Source of the DNA: Sphyrna mokarran
Lineage: Eukaryota
Length of the DNA stretch: 64,000 bases
Direction of reading: 5' to 3'
Assembly: GCA_024679065.1 (NCBI GenBank)
Contig: JAGIQG010000005.1
Span: forward strand, 100,750,001-100,814,000
The position numbers and the translations under genes are program-made. The notes below the pieces were generated by a model. That model was not told the origin of the DNA. It saw nothing but the letters and a program-made list of their open reading frames with translations, and ran no database searches. Position 1 is the first letter of the stretch. The number at the start of each line of letters is the position of its first letter. Below are positions 1 to 12,352 of this stretch, piece after piece.

Positions 1-392
1 GCAATGATTACGAATGGTGCAATAGAGTTTCAGAAAAGACAGATTGAACATTGGGCAAAATTTTTCAGTTGGAGGTTAATGTCAGCATAATTCCCATTGG
101 GAAACAGGGTGGATAAACATATGCAATCTCCCATTTTTTAGCTCATTACTTTCTTTCTCAAGGAACTCAGTGAATCATATGATGCAGTGGGCAGCAAGCC
201 ACTTGACCTACTGTTACTGTCCTGGCACCATATTTCAAGGGTACCCAGGAAATATTCATTTACTCCAAGCCAGGAGTCCCACACTACGCTTAGAGATCTC
301 CACAGTGAAGAAGCTGACAAATGCAAACAATCCGGGACATACAAGGGCATCTCCATCATTGCCTTCTGCTCATCTCTAATGAAGTGTTCTGC

Positions 393-660
393 CAAAGCCT
401 CCTTGTCCTTCTGGTACTGTGGCGACCAGAACTGGATGCAGTACTCCAAATGTGGCCTAACCAACTATACAGCTGCAACATCAGACTTCCAGTTTTTATA
501 TTCTATACCTCGTCCTATAATGGCAAGCATGCCATATGCCTTCTTCATCACCTTCTCCGCCTGTGCTGCTACCTTCAAGGATTTGTGGACTTGTACACCT
601 AGATCCCTCTGTATTTCTATACTCTTGATGGTTCTGCCATTTATTGTATAACTCCCCCCT
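393..660 (-). mobile_element. CR1/HER1-like LINE ORF2 C-terminal fragment
   Basis: ORFs 465..725 (QRDLGVQVHKSLKVAAQAEKVMKKAYGMLAIIGRGIEYK) and 138..464 (VRPHLEYCIQFWSP) carry CR1 ORF2 signatures; frameshifted. Confidence 0.9.
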
Positions 661-1749
661 ACATTAATTCTATCCTTGACTATACCACCTCCCTTACCCT
701 GGACCCCATCATGATCCATCTCCAAGTGCTATCTCTCCCCAACACCTCTTACCATCCCCTATGCCCATCTAATTCTGGTCCCTCCTGTTATCACCTGCCT
801 TGTTCCCCTCCATGACCCACTCAATGAGAATTTCACCTATCAGAATTCACCCTGGACTTTCATCCACATGTAACCCACTCCCTCCTCTGACAATACCTTG
901 AGTTCTCCCCTCAGGACTCCATCATCAACACCACTTACTGACCTCTAACACATCCCCCTCTCCCTCCCTTCTCTGAACAAGCTTAGTCCGTGTCCTCCAG
1001 GCACTATAGCTCCCCACATATCCAGTCATTCCTCTCCCCTTTCACCCCACGCTGAGCAGCCCACAACGCATCAAGCCTCCTTCTGCCTACCATGTCCAAC
1101 ATTTGATCACCATTTGCTACCAGAGTTCGATGTGAGGGCAGTTAGGTGAGGTTGCCTAGAAGACAAAGTGACACCTTTGGACCTCAAAGTCATGGAAGAT
1201 GTGAAGCTAGGCAACTGCATACAACTTATATACAGTCGTAAAACTGAACTTTCTCAGTTTTAAGTCTTAATGGCATCAAACTTAATTTGGAAGGGGAACT
1301 TAATTCTGCCGAGGCGGCCTTTTAATGAGAATACATGAGATGTTAATGCATGGAAATGGGGTTCATCAAGAAGCTCGATCTACCTTTAACTTACCTTGAA
1401 AGTCAGGAAGACAAAGTTCCAAAAGTTTATCCCATCATTGGGAAACAGATCTTTTGCCTTCCATCAAATTAAATGCCCTCTCTTCCCCACCACTCACCAT
1501 GGTTCCCACTGCAAGTGGGAGTGGTAACTTCCACTCATCATGTAAAATGCTGAAAACAGAAACAATTCAGATTTAGCTCATTAGCATCTTTTTTGACAGC
1601 AATACCATTTGGCATTTAGGATACAAAAATATGTACAGATGAGAGAGGTTTATTAGTTCAGATTGCTCACATTTCTATGAATAGGAAACCTATAAATACT
1701 CAACATATCTCTCATCTCAATAGGCTGCATTGTTCAGATGGAGGGACGA

Positions 1750-2255
1750 TTGAGTGGAGAAAGACTGGTTTTCACAGCTTGCCACCACTTCGGACCTTAG
1801 CCCCGCAACCACTTAATTCTCCATGGAGTAATAACTGGCTGGAGACAAGCCCTCTGTCCCTATCTTTTGAACAATCCCGGCTCAGAGAACCTCCAGTCTT
1901 TTGATTGGGAGGTAGGCAGATGGAAATGGCCAAATAAGAAATACAATCATTTGTCAAGCACACTTCACCCCTCATGCCCAGGGCCTGAGCATGGTAACCT
2001 GCCCAGCCTCCCACTCCTGCAGTATCCCTGTTCTCTCTTGCTGGCCTAAACATTGGCTATCAATTGGCCTCCCAAGGGCCTCAATTAGAGTGAGGATACC
2101 AGCCTGTCCGAGGTATAACCCACCCCTGTGTAAAACCCTTCCAGGCCGGGGACAGGAGGATGGCCGGGAGGAATCAGCCTGGCAGAATTCTATGGAGCCC
2201 ATCAGCCCCTTTCCCAAAAAGCCACCAAGAGGGGACCATAAATGCCTGCCCAATT
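1750..2255. mobile_element. Putative non-autonomous (MITE-like) interspersed repeat, degenerate
   Basis: GC-richer block sharing the motif ccaattgaggccctt..gggcaattaa (reverse strand here) with 8730-9330, 32700-33270 and 40520-41060; no coding capacity. Confidence 0.35.
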
Positions 2256-2364
2256 AATTATTTCAGCAACTTTACTTCCTTTACCTTACTCAGAAAAACA
2301 TTCTACATATTAATCAGTCTTTGAAATAGTTCTTTCAAAGAATGGCCTCCAGGTATACAGTGTT

Positions 2365-2625
2365 AGATTTAAGGTGATTTGCAGAAGAAGCAAACTTGAT
2401 GAGACAAGTAATTCTTTCACACAGCGAGTGGTTTGGTGCTAGAATGCACTGTCTGGAAGTGTGGTTGAGGCAGGTTCGGGCATTCAAGAGAGCATTAGAT
2501 GATTATTTGAAAAGAAAGAACAGCAAGGGTACAGGGAAAAGGCTGGAGAATGGCACTAACTGATAATGCACATTCTGAGAGCTAGTGCAGACATATTGGA
2601 CGAGAAAGACCAGATTCTGCACCAC
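2365..2625 (+). mobile_element. CR1-like LINE 3' end fragment
   Basis: ttcacacagcgagtggtt..aatgcactg..gtggttgaggcagg (FTQRVV..NAL..VVEAG) followed by a decayed 3' UTR. Confidence 0.8.
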
Positions 2626-3227
2626 CTAGCAGGAGGGCAGGGATGCTGAAGGACTGGCAGGTCAGCCTGCTCAGGCCTTGAGTATGAGGCGTAAGTGTGC
2701 CTGAGAAATGGTCGTCTTTCTTGATCGGTTGTAACAATCCTGTGACTGTACACACAAGAAACTTTGTTAACAGTGCCCTCAACTGTTGGCTTAGAACTGC
2801 GTCCTATTCCTGCTGTGAATGATAGCTGGAAGAAATTGAGTTGGTGAGAAATCAATTTAGTGTGGATGTCACACCTTAGAACTCAGTTACATGGCAAAAG
2901 ATCACTCACTCCAGTCAGAAACAGAGCATGTATGTGTTACTGTGGTATGGCACAAAATCCTGAAGAACTTCACTGAAAACTGGGAGTGAAGATAAAATGA
3001 TTAGACCCAGTGACTGAATTCTCGAATTAAAAGCAATCTACTGAAATTATGTTGTCAAAATGTTTATTCTAATTATTGTGAAACCAAAAACCATGCAACT
3101 TCAGCTGGGCATTTTTAAATCGATTACACTGATGACAATTGTGAATGGCTTATGTTGCAACAGCTGACTTAATACTGATGGCATTGATATGAATAGATTA
3201 TAGTCAATAGAATGGCCAGATTTGTAA

Positions 3228-3295
3228 CTAAAAGGAAAATACTGCAGATGCCAGAAATCTGATGTAAAAACAGAAAATGATGTGACAGCATCTAT
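3228..3295 (-). mobile_element. Penelope-like element terminal fragment (family 2)
   Basis: aaaatactgcagatgccagaaatctga..aaaacagaaaatg matches 40100-40235. Confidence 0.5.
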
Positions 3296-4060
3296 CCCAG
3301 ACCATTGTGCTGCTTTAGCAGTGTAATGGACCAGGAGTCAGTGAAGGACATTCAGCAGGCTCACCGCGGTTGCCAAGGTCAGACATCTCCAGGGCTTGGA
3401 TTTCAGTTGTCAACAGCTCTGTGCCAGAAATTGGTGTGGAGCTGATAAAGTGTTTAAATTGCTATTAACTGGCCTGGAGGCTTCAGCCCCAGAGACTTCA
3501 GTCTTGGACCTGCTAATAGGATTCAAATAGCAATTTAAATAAGTTCTATGCCAATTTTCTCCACTACCCCCCACCAAGATTGTTTCACTTCAGCAGGGTT
3601 TATAATAGCTCACCACTATTAGGGAGCTGGCCCTACTGGAGTGAAATGAGGCCATAAAGGCCTCCTATGAGGTTAGAGATAAGGGGGTGGTGCCCATGGC
3701 CATTTGGCCCCTTGGTTAGCCTGATTCCCAGCACTGTCCAAGGAGCAAAAGTGGCACTGCCCAATAGGCACCTTGGCACAGTCCACTCGGCATCGTGCAG
3801 TACCAATGGGAACAGGGCCTGTAGGGATTAGGGTCTAAGGGAGGAGATCGGTGGGGGGTCTTGTTGCCACTCTGCATTGGGACTAGTGGCAGAGGAGGGA
3901 AGGGGATGATTCAGGCTGGCCATGAGGAGTGCAGGGTTGGGGGGGGGGGGGGGGGGGCAGGAAATCAGCCTGGCCTGGGGCCATCCGGGAGGATGCTTAA
4001 ACTGCAAGCGGGTCAAGCAGCAGGGAGGCTCTTCAAACAACCATGTTGAAGAATCCTCAT
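3295..4060. mobile_element. Degenerate MITE-like repeat with an internal palindrome and a 19-G run
   Basis: agaaattggtgtggagct..tttaaattgctatt (3426-3465) is inverted relative to aatagcaatttaaataagttctatgccaattttct (3526-3560); poly-G at 3939-3957. Confidence 0.35.
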
Positions 4061-4274
4061 TGAAACAGGCTGCAAAGCAGAAAGCTTAACGTATATAAAT
4101 TTGAATTAAATTATCATGAGAAAGCAAAATGAAGATGGGGAAATACAGATGGAATTAATAAAGACACATAAAAGAGTAAAACTATTTCAAGAAGTATTTA
4201 TTATTTTAGAAATCTATCACATTAATTTTCTTTCGAAGGAGTGAGATTCCACACTTCATCATGTCATTTTTCTT

Positions 4275-4790
4275 TATTCTTTCATAAGATGTCACTGGCT
4301 GGCCGCAGTAAGAAGTTTCACAACACCAGGTTAAAGTCCAACAAGTTTATTTGATAGTAAACGTCAGAACTCTCCACTCACCTGACAAAGGGGCAAACTT
4401 CAAAAGCTAGTGGCGTTACTACCAAATCAACTTGTTGGACTTCAACCTGGTGCTGTGAGACTTCTTACTGCGTCTACTCCTGTCCAACGCCGGCATCTCC
4501 ACATCATGACTACCTGAACCGTTGCAGCCCGTGTGGTGTAGGCACACCGACAGTGCTGTTAGGGAGGAAATTTGAGAGTTTTGACAGAGCAAGAATGAAG
4601 GAACAACAACATAGTCCCATATCAATATAACATATTGCTTCGAGAGGAACTTGTAGTTGATGGCATTCCCATGCAACTGCTGATCTTGCTCTGCTAGCCA
4701 GCAGAGGTTCTGAGTTTGAGCAGTGCTATTGAAGGAGTAAGTTGCTGCAATGCATCCTGTAGATAGTTAGTGTGACAGTAGTAGGTAATG
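4275..4790 (-). mobile_element. CR1-group LINE 3' end (family whose tail is shared with the DeuSINE), interrupted by a Penelope-like insertion
   Basis: gaaccgttgcagcccgtgtggtgtaggcacaccgacagtgctgttagggagg matches the same family at 60025-60810 and 29130-29370. Confidence 0.7.
4304..4510 (+). mobile_element. Penelope-like element terminal (pLTR) fragment with fold-back and decayed hammerhead core
   Basis: Inverted arms at 4304-4360 and 4416-4472; loop contains cctgacaaaggggcaaacttcaaaagctag; same sequence flanks the GIY-YIG remnant at 37665-38225. Confidence 0.75.
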
Positions 4791-5379
4791 AGCCGAAGAT
4801 CAGATTCTGATAAATGATCTCTATAAAAAATTGATGAAAGCTGCAACAACACAGATTTGGAGGAACAGGGTATCATTGAGAACAATTTATGGACTTGTGT
4901 ATTTAACTACAAGCATGAATGGCAGAAGCTGTTGTCAGTCATATACAATAGCAATGGCAAGCTGATAATCTCGCTGTTTTTAATGTCATAAAATTTGGGC
5001 CATAACTTCTGATTAATCTTGATGTTGTCTGAAGTGAAAATCTTATGAGCTTGATTTGATTTTCTTACCAGCCATTTTATATTTGAGTTACAAGAACTTG
5101 GTTAATAAGAAATCTTACTAGATGATTAATGGCAACTTTAATTGCCTTCAAGGTTACCATTTCAATTACTTGAGCTGAAATTGGTTGAAGACATTTCTAA
5201 ATTGATTCAGAAACTTTTCAACCAGAATTACAAAATCTATCTCCTATCACTCATTCATTCTTATAAGAAGCTATATTCAGTAAGTCATTCAATTCACAAA
5301 CGAACAAGATTCTCACTTCCTCCTCAATGAAAATGCCACGATATATTCAACTGAAGCATTTTCCCGGAGCATAATTAAC

Positions 5380-5945
5380 AATCACAAGGGGGCAGAAATT
5401 CAAGGTAAGGGGGGGAAGGTTCAGTGGAGATGTGCGGGGGAATTTTTTTTTTTTATATACAGAGGAGCTGGAATACACATCCCAAGTGCCATGATGGATT
5501 CAAATCTGGGTCCCAAGTATTACCCTGGGTCTCTCGATTCCTAATCCAGTGACAATATCACTATATCACACTTGCTCACATAAACTTCTGAAAAGCGCAG
5601 TATTGGAAAATTGACAATGGATTCTCAATCAGTTAGCACTTTCAACATCAGATTGCTGCATCATCAGAATCAACACAGTTGCACATTGCACTACGAGAAT
5701 TTAAGTCTGGCACAAACCAGCACTATCCAATCATGCCACCCACTTTACCAGGTCAGGAGACAGATGATCTCTCGTGTCGTGATTGAATCTGGCAAATATG
5801 TTAGCGACATTTAACATTTACCTGGATAGACACATGAACAGGCAGAGCACAGACAAATACACGCGGTTGGTCCAGGTAGGACAGCAGAACTGGTACAGGT
5901 TTGGTGGGTCGAGAGGCCCATTCCTGTGCCAGACTGTTCTTTGTT
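5380..5945 (+). mobile_element. CR1-like LINE 3' end interrupted by a ~305 bp templated insertion
   Basis: acaagggggcagaaattcaaggtaagggggggaaggttcagtggagatg (5385) and CR1 tail ggcccattcctgtgccagactgttctttgtt (5915-5945); 5487-5793 is non-CR1 sequence. Confidence 0.8.
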
Positions 5946-6776
5946 AACCAATGAGATTAAAATTACAATACCTGAACAATGGTAAATCCTTAAAAAGAAC
6001 TGAAACAGTACATTCTGGAAAAACAACAGCTGAAAGAGGAAGAGAGTTCATTTTTCTCATCAGCTCTCATTTCTCGCAATTGCAATATTTAAATTGTGTT
6101 TACAAGGAAAATATTTAAAGGAATAGTCATACAAAATTCATCATTTTCAAACCAGAGTTTTCATTGCATTCTAACATTCCACTGGATGGTCTGTGTTTTT
6201 TTTTTAAATCATTCAAGGGATATGGGTGTTGCTGACCAGGCCAGCTCTTGTTGTCCATCCCTAATTGCCCTTCAACTAAGTGTTTGTTCAGCCATTTCAG
6301 AAGATATTTAAGAGTCAATCACATTGCTGTAGACCTGGAGTCATCAGTTAAGGATGGCAGATTTCCTTTCTAAAGGACTTCAGTGAATCAAATATATTTT
6401 TACCGCAATCAACAATCGTTTTATGGTTATCATACGACTTTAAATTCCAGATCTTTATTCAATTCAAATTTCATCATTTGCCATGATGGGATTCAAACCT
6501 GGGTCCCAAGTATTACTCTGGGTCTCTCGATTCCTAGTCCGGTGACAATATCACTATGTCACACTTCCTCATATAAACATCTGTAAGGCGCATTATTAGA
6601 AAATTGACAATGGATTCTCAATTAGTTGGCACTTTCAACATCAGATTGCTGCATCATCAGAATCAACACAGTTGCACATTGCACTACAAGAATTTAACTC
6701 TGGCACAACCCAATCATGCCATCCACTTTACCAGGTCAGGAGACAGATGATCTCTCGTGTTGTGATTGAATCTGGT
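5487..6776 (+). repeat. Direct duplication of ~300 bp (5487-5793 and 6479-6776)
   Basis: Both copies run from tgccatgatgg..ggtcccaagtatta to gatctctcgtgt..tgattgaatctgg; about 90% identical by eye. Confidence 0.95.
6205..6565 (-). mobile_element. DeuSINE (SacSINE1-like), tRNA-derived
   Basis: Deu-domain-like aagagtcaatcacattgctgt..ctggagtca; B box gggattcaaacc on the reverse strand; reverse complement of 50322-50678. Confidence 0.75.
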
Positions 6777-6880
6777 AACCTACTGTCCTGCTAACTTGTT
6801 TCTAAGTCAATATTTTACGGGCTTCTCAGCAGCTTCTCTTAACATTTGATAACCCCTTAATATTCAGGTCTGTGAGATTT

Positions 6881-7406
6881 ACTTGGAGTATTGTGTACAG
6901 TTCTGGTCGCCTTAATATAGGAAGGATGTAGAGGCTATTCAGAGAGTGCAGAGGAGATTTACAAGGATGCTGCCTGGATTGGGAGGCAGGCCTTATGAAG
7001 ATAGGTTGAGGGAGCTGGGACTCTTCTCACTGGAGAGATGTAGGTTGAGAGGCGACCTGATAGAGGTTTATAAAATGTTGAGAGGAATAGATACGGTGGA
7101 CTCTCAGAGACTACTTCCCTGAGCTGAAATGGTCACTACGAGAGGACACAGATTTAAGGTGCAGGGAAGCAAATACAGAGGAGATGTTTGGGGTAAGTTT
7201 TTCACTCAGAGGGTGGTGAGTGAATGGAATCGGCTGCCGTCGGAGGTTGTTGAGGCAAACTCACTGGGGTCTTTTAAAAGACTTCTGGATGACTATATGG
7301 AAACGAATAGGATGGGGGTTATAGATAGGTCTGTGGATGGGTAGATGTGATCAGTGCAACTCGTGAGCTGAAGGGCCTGTTTGTGCTGTATTGTTCTATG
7401 TTCTAT
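6881..7406 (+). mobile_element. CR1/HER1-like LINE, 5'-truncated
   Basis: ORF 7129..7344 TRGHRFKV..FFTQRVVSEWNRLP; tail gaagggcctgtttgtgctgtattgttctatgttcta. Confidence 0.92.
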
Positions 7407-8417
7407 TATCTTTGTACCAGTTGAAATAGACTGAAGCACATCTTGAGAAAGCAATAGATCTTTACCTCCTCAAAGTTATCATATTGTTTCTGACAATTGC
7501 ATCTGCTTAGTATCTGAAATGGCAATGGACTGGAAAATCCATTGTAAATTTTCCTCAAAGTGACCTCACATCTGGCAACAAATCTCAAACTAAGACCATT
7601 AATCTAGTCATTTGATATCTGCTATTGTTGGAAAAAAAATGTTTAGCCTTTCCATTAAAGCATCATAATTATTTGCATGATCAATGCTTTGGAAGCAAAT
7701 AATCTTATGAAATTATTTCAAAAACTTGGAATTTCATTTCTAAGAGAAAAAGGTGACAGGCACAAAGTAAAATGTCACAGTGATTACAGGTAACTAACCA
7801 TCAGCTATTACTGATTGGCAAGCTCCATGAGGGTTTCATTTCAATCATGGAAGACTGTAGTGAGCACGTTCAGTCTGTATTTCCTGTACTGGTTTGTTTT
7901 TAAGGACCTGACATCCATTATTACAACTGGGCCAACATCCCAATAAACAAAGGCAGGCCTTCTAGCCTGCAAACCTGGCCTATCATCTCCGTTGCCACCT
8001 CAAGCTGATGGAGCCCGACATCGTTGCACTTTCACTTTTCTGGAATGAAAATATGGCCTTTTTATAGGAGAGGGATTTGGCAAGTCAGTAAGTTTCCCCA
8101 TGACTATTCCTGCCTCCACCACAAAAATCTGGACTTGTGCAGCTAAAGGAGACATCTATGTAAACAAGGCTTTGATGAAAAGTATAGAATTTAATGGACC
8201 TCTTCAGTAAATAATTCATATCAGGTGATTTGCCAGCTAGATGGTGAAGATTTGTATGATCGAGTCAACCATTCAACTGTTGCAATGATTTTCATGAAGT
8301 AATTTACTATAAGGAATGGTGAAACTTAATGTCATCCCGAGGTGGGTATGGAGATGGGAGGCATTGAACAAGGCGGTGGGTGTAGGGTGAGAACTGTGCT
8401 GTTTTCCTACCACAGCC

Positions 8418-8725
8418 TTTGATTTATTATTATCACATACAGTGAAAGTGACCTCTTGCTCAAAATAGAATGCATTAAGCTTATTAGGGAGGGATGCATT
8501 ATTGTTGGTAATTCTACAAGCCTTCACCTTGTGCCTGTTATGTTGTGTAGAGCTTGCCATAATCGGTGGGTGTTCACATGGCTAGCCTGGGGCTCTAGCT
8601 TCGTCTGATCCTGTCCCTTGGCATCTTTAATGGTTCTCTGTAATATCATATCTGGATTTCTTGTAGAAATTAGTGTCATTCAGCTTGAACGCCAGCACTT
8701 CAGTAAGCTTTAAGTAAGTCCTGGT
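8418..8725 (-). mobile_element. Rex1/Babar-like LINE fragment, internally deleted
   Basis: ORF 8273..8560 contains ASLPNKLNAFYFEQ (Rex1-type ASLPDELNAFYARFE); tail tttgatttattattatcacat resembles the reverse complement of the 18545-18570 tail. Confidence 0.65.
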
Positions 8726-8967
8726 GGAAAGAATCGTAGGCCACCCCATTGCCAATTTACATCCTTAAGTCAACATTTAATGCCTACTTACATGCCTCAT
8801 CCCACCACTTCTATTATTTAACCAGTAATGGGTAGGACAGTCACCACTTGGCAGTTCAAATACTGGAATGCCTTTCAGAACAGCAGCGTGTGTGTACCTA
8901 CTCCAGAATAACTGCAGCAAATGAAGAAGGGAGCCAACCACCAACGTTACAAGGAGGTAGGGGTGAT

Positions 8968-9039
8968 CCCTATTTGAGGGACTGAGCCTCAGGAAGGGGT
9001 TGCCCCTATTTGAGGGACTGAGCCTCAGGAAGGGGTTGC
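8968..9039 (+). repeat. Perfect 36-bp tandem duplication inside a MITE-like repeat
   Basis: ccctatttgagggactgagcctcaggaaggggttgc x2. Confidence 0.97.
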
Positions 9040-9414
9040 CCAGGCCCCCTCTTAGCCAGACAGCCACCCCTTCTCTGCAACAGCCATCCTACCCTTAATC
9101 ATCTGTTTCTTCCCTGTTTCCTATTTCTCTCACTCAATCTTGGCCTCTGATGGATGTTTGGCTAACAGCTAATACTGCTCCCAATGGCACTGTCTGCAAT
9201 GGAAAGCTGACCAGATACATTTTGTGATGGGATTTCCATCCCTGGGGTTTGTGATTTTGGGAAAGGTCTGCCTCTAACCGCTAACAATGGTGGGCCTTTC
9301 CCAAAGGAAACGAGGTGGAGCTTTCACTTATTCTTTGGCATATTTGGGCATTGTATCATGACAGCATCTTTCATTGCTAAAATAAGAATGGCACTATATT
9401 GCCAACTACACAAA

Positions 9415-9580
9415 GAAATGGAGGCTGCATCGTTGAATATGTTAAAGGCTGAGTAAGGCAGCTGTTCAATCTACAAAGGAGCAGGCAGGAAAGTAGAACT
9501 GAGGCCACAATCATATTCAATGGTGGAGTAGGATTGATTGCCAAGTGGCCTACTCTTGCTTCTATTTCTTATGTTCTATG
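9415..9580 (+). mobile_element. CR1-like LINE 3' tail
   Basis: gaggctg..ttgaatatgttaaaggctgag..ccaagtggcctactcttgcttctatttcttatgttctatg. Confidence 0.8.
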
Positions 9581-10494
9581 TATTGCCAGATGGACTAAGA
9601 AAGACATTGTACTGCCAAGTGGACAAAAAGAGGAATTGATATTGCCATTTAAATCTAGGCGCAATTCTATTTCTTTATTTTCCTTTAACATTTAACTTAT
9701 GAGTCTTTTAATGAATTCATTAATGATGACAATTAACAAATCAAAACAAGCTACAGGCTGAGAAGAAAGCAGTCACCCCTCAAGTGTCAGGGTGACTTGA
9801 TACACTCAGGCATTAATAATAGCTGTTTCTTTTTGGACTTTGCCGCTATTTGAGCAAATGTTTGTGTTTTTTTTTCTATCTCAATTAATCGATTCAAGCA
9901 GGAGACAGATAATGATGACCTATTCTGCAATCACCAGGGTGTGAGGCATGATTCCATTGAAGGGATGGATCTCAATGTTCAATCTCCCACCATAATGGCT
10001 GTTTTCATATTGTTAATTCTTGCTCTGGTTGCCCACGTGTTTTGCTGAAACTCACACTAATATTTCCATGATCAATCAGTGACCACTTTAAGCCTCATTA
10101 AATATTCAAGCAGCTGCTGGATGTCATAATCAAATTCAACATATTTGAGTAAGATGAATCTAAGCATGACATTTACTTTGAGAGCAACATCATTCTGAGA
10201 AATGTTCACCAACTCTTTTCCCTCTTCCCTATTCTAACTGCTTTATTCAGGATCTACACATTTGGTTAATAGTTCATCTATTAATTTCTTCTTTGGATGT
10301 GGGTGACTCATAAATTATTTCCCTTATAATTCATGGGTCAAAATGAACAACAAGGCTCAGAATAGTTCAGAAAAATTTACAAGGGCAAAATAAAATCATA
10401 AAAACAATGAGTCTTTGAGAATTGTTCTTCTGACAGGTTCATTCTAAGTTTTAAGCTTATTTAGGAATAAACTTAAAACATAGAATGAACATTC

Positions 10495-10758
10495 TAATTA
10501 ACTCTGCAATGAAGTTACTGTGAAAATCCCCTAGTTGCCACATTTCAATGCCTATTCAGGGACAGCGAGAGAGAATTTAGCATGGCCAATGCACCTAATC
10601 GACATGCCTTTTGGACTGTGGGAGAAAACCTGAGCACCGATAGGAAACGCACGCACATGCAGGGAGAATGTGCAAACTCCACACAGACAGTGGTCCAAAC
10701 CAGTAATCGAACTCGGGTCCCTGGTGCGATGGGGCAGCATTGTACTACTGTACAGCCC
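10495..10758 (-). mobile_element. HE1-like V-SINE, tail type B (Rex1-like)
   Basis: V domain ggagaatgtgcaaactccacacagacagt; tRNA B box aatcgaactcggg; tail tgcaatgaagttactgtgaaaat. Confidence 0.88.
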
Positions 10759-11814
10759 TATCCTTGTTTTAAGAAACATTTTTTCCATGAGTTATTGTAT
10801 ATACTGTGCAAATATGCAAATATATAATTACTGAAATGCCAAACGAGGCACAATGTCAAAACAATATTGCCAATCTGCCATCTGATTACTTTTTAAGAAA
10901 TTCATTTTCCTACTGGAATTTTAAAGTCAATCTATGTCACCATAAGCAAACTTCTAAATAATGCATCAACATTTAGAATTATTTGCTAACACAATATCCA
11001 GTGTTGGATATATTTATTATTGTGCCAACCTTGCACAATAATTGCATACAACATCATTTGGAACAGGAAGGTAGTACCAGGACCTTTGTTTTCCTTACAG
11101 GCATATAGATTTGTTGCAGAAGAATGCAGCAAACTATTCTTTCCACCTTTCCTCAGCACTACAATTCAGTGATAGAGATTCTGGAAATACGTGATACCGT
11201 ATTTTCACAGAGTTCTTGCTGCTTCAAATACTCCCTGTTCCAGAAACCATGGCTTCTTGTAAGGAAAAATTCAACAAATAATTGAAGTAGAGGAAGATAA
11301 AGGGCTGTGGGTAGAATAGGAGCAGTTGTGTATTGATTCTGTAAATTATCTCCATCTAAGCTGCACATTTATATGCTCCAAGTTTTTGGTTTATTTAAAT
11401 TTGATATTGTGCTATTCCTCCATTCCAGATACTGTAAGTACTTTGAATGTTTTAGTACATTGAAGTTATTACATAAATGCAAGTTTTATTGTGGTCAGTT
11501 GCCTTTAAAAGAATATTTCAGTGATAATATGTGCCTCTAATTTTCTCTGGGCATAAATTGTGCAGATCCAATTTCTATTAATAGCCCAAAAGCAAATTTA
11601 AATTAGGATCAATTCAGCGGTAGTTTATTTGCACACACTTGAACAAGGGCAAGTGTTTCAATGTAGCCTCTTTTACCCTCGCACAATAAAAAAGCGGGAT
11701 GAAGAAAAATGTTTAGGGCAAAGACCACAGAATAAGAATTATTATTTCATGCAAATCTAAAATTGATGTAGTTCAATGATGTATTTGCTCACAGGACTCA
11801 GCAGATTGAAAGCT

Positions 11815-12352
11815 GACGCTGGATAATTCACGAGATTCACTGTGATGCCAGTGGGAAAACATGCTAGTGTGAAACAAGTTTGGAGACTAGGCATGCAGGT
11901 ATCATATTTACCTGAACAATGACTGGATCTGTCTCCAGAGATCAGGATGAAGGTTCTCTGGACTATGGGCCCCAGAACAGCATCGCAGTGGGATGGGAAA
12001 ACTCAATGGGTGGACTTTCTAGACTCGGTACCCTGGAGGCACTGTCTGTCAAATGTTCCTGGAGATTCATTTTCATTCTTAGGAAATTAATCTTCCAGTC
12101 TCAGAATGTTCATGGAGATATATCTTCATTTTTCAGAAATCCACCTACCTTCTTCAATAGTGGGTCAGTGATATTGGTGCCATTTCAGTACGATGCCTGG
12201 AGAAGATGGTAGACGATCCAGGCCTGTCTGCCACTGAGTAAAAAATACTGAATGCATAATTAATGAGATTGGAGGTGGAAGATTGGGCATGTTTTCATTC
12301 CCTTACATTCCCATTGTAGCACTTGGTCTCATAATGGGAGAATTCCACCCAG
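11815..12352. mobile_element. Putative MITE-like repeat with imperfect terminal inverted repeats
   Basis: ctggataattc..gggaaaacatgc at the left end versus gcatgttttc..gaattccacccag at the right end. Confidence 0.3.

Noticed and set aside
187-651. 154-aa plus-strand ORF, and similarly 46426..46809 and 17393..17893
   Set aside because: Antisense shadow frames of CR1 or Rex1 coding sequence
11101-11200. Plus-strand acceptor ttttccttacag followed by short frames
   Set aside because: All frames stop within ~30 codons and no peptide is recognisable
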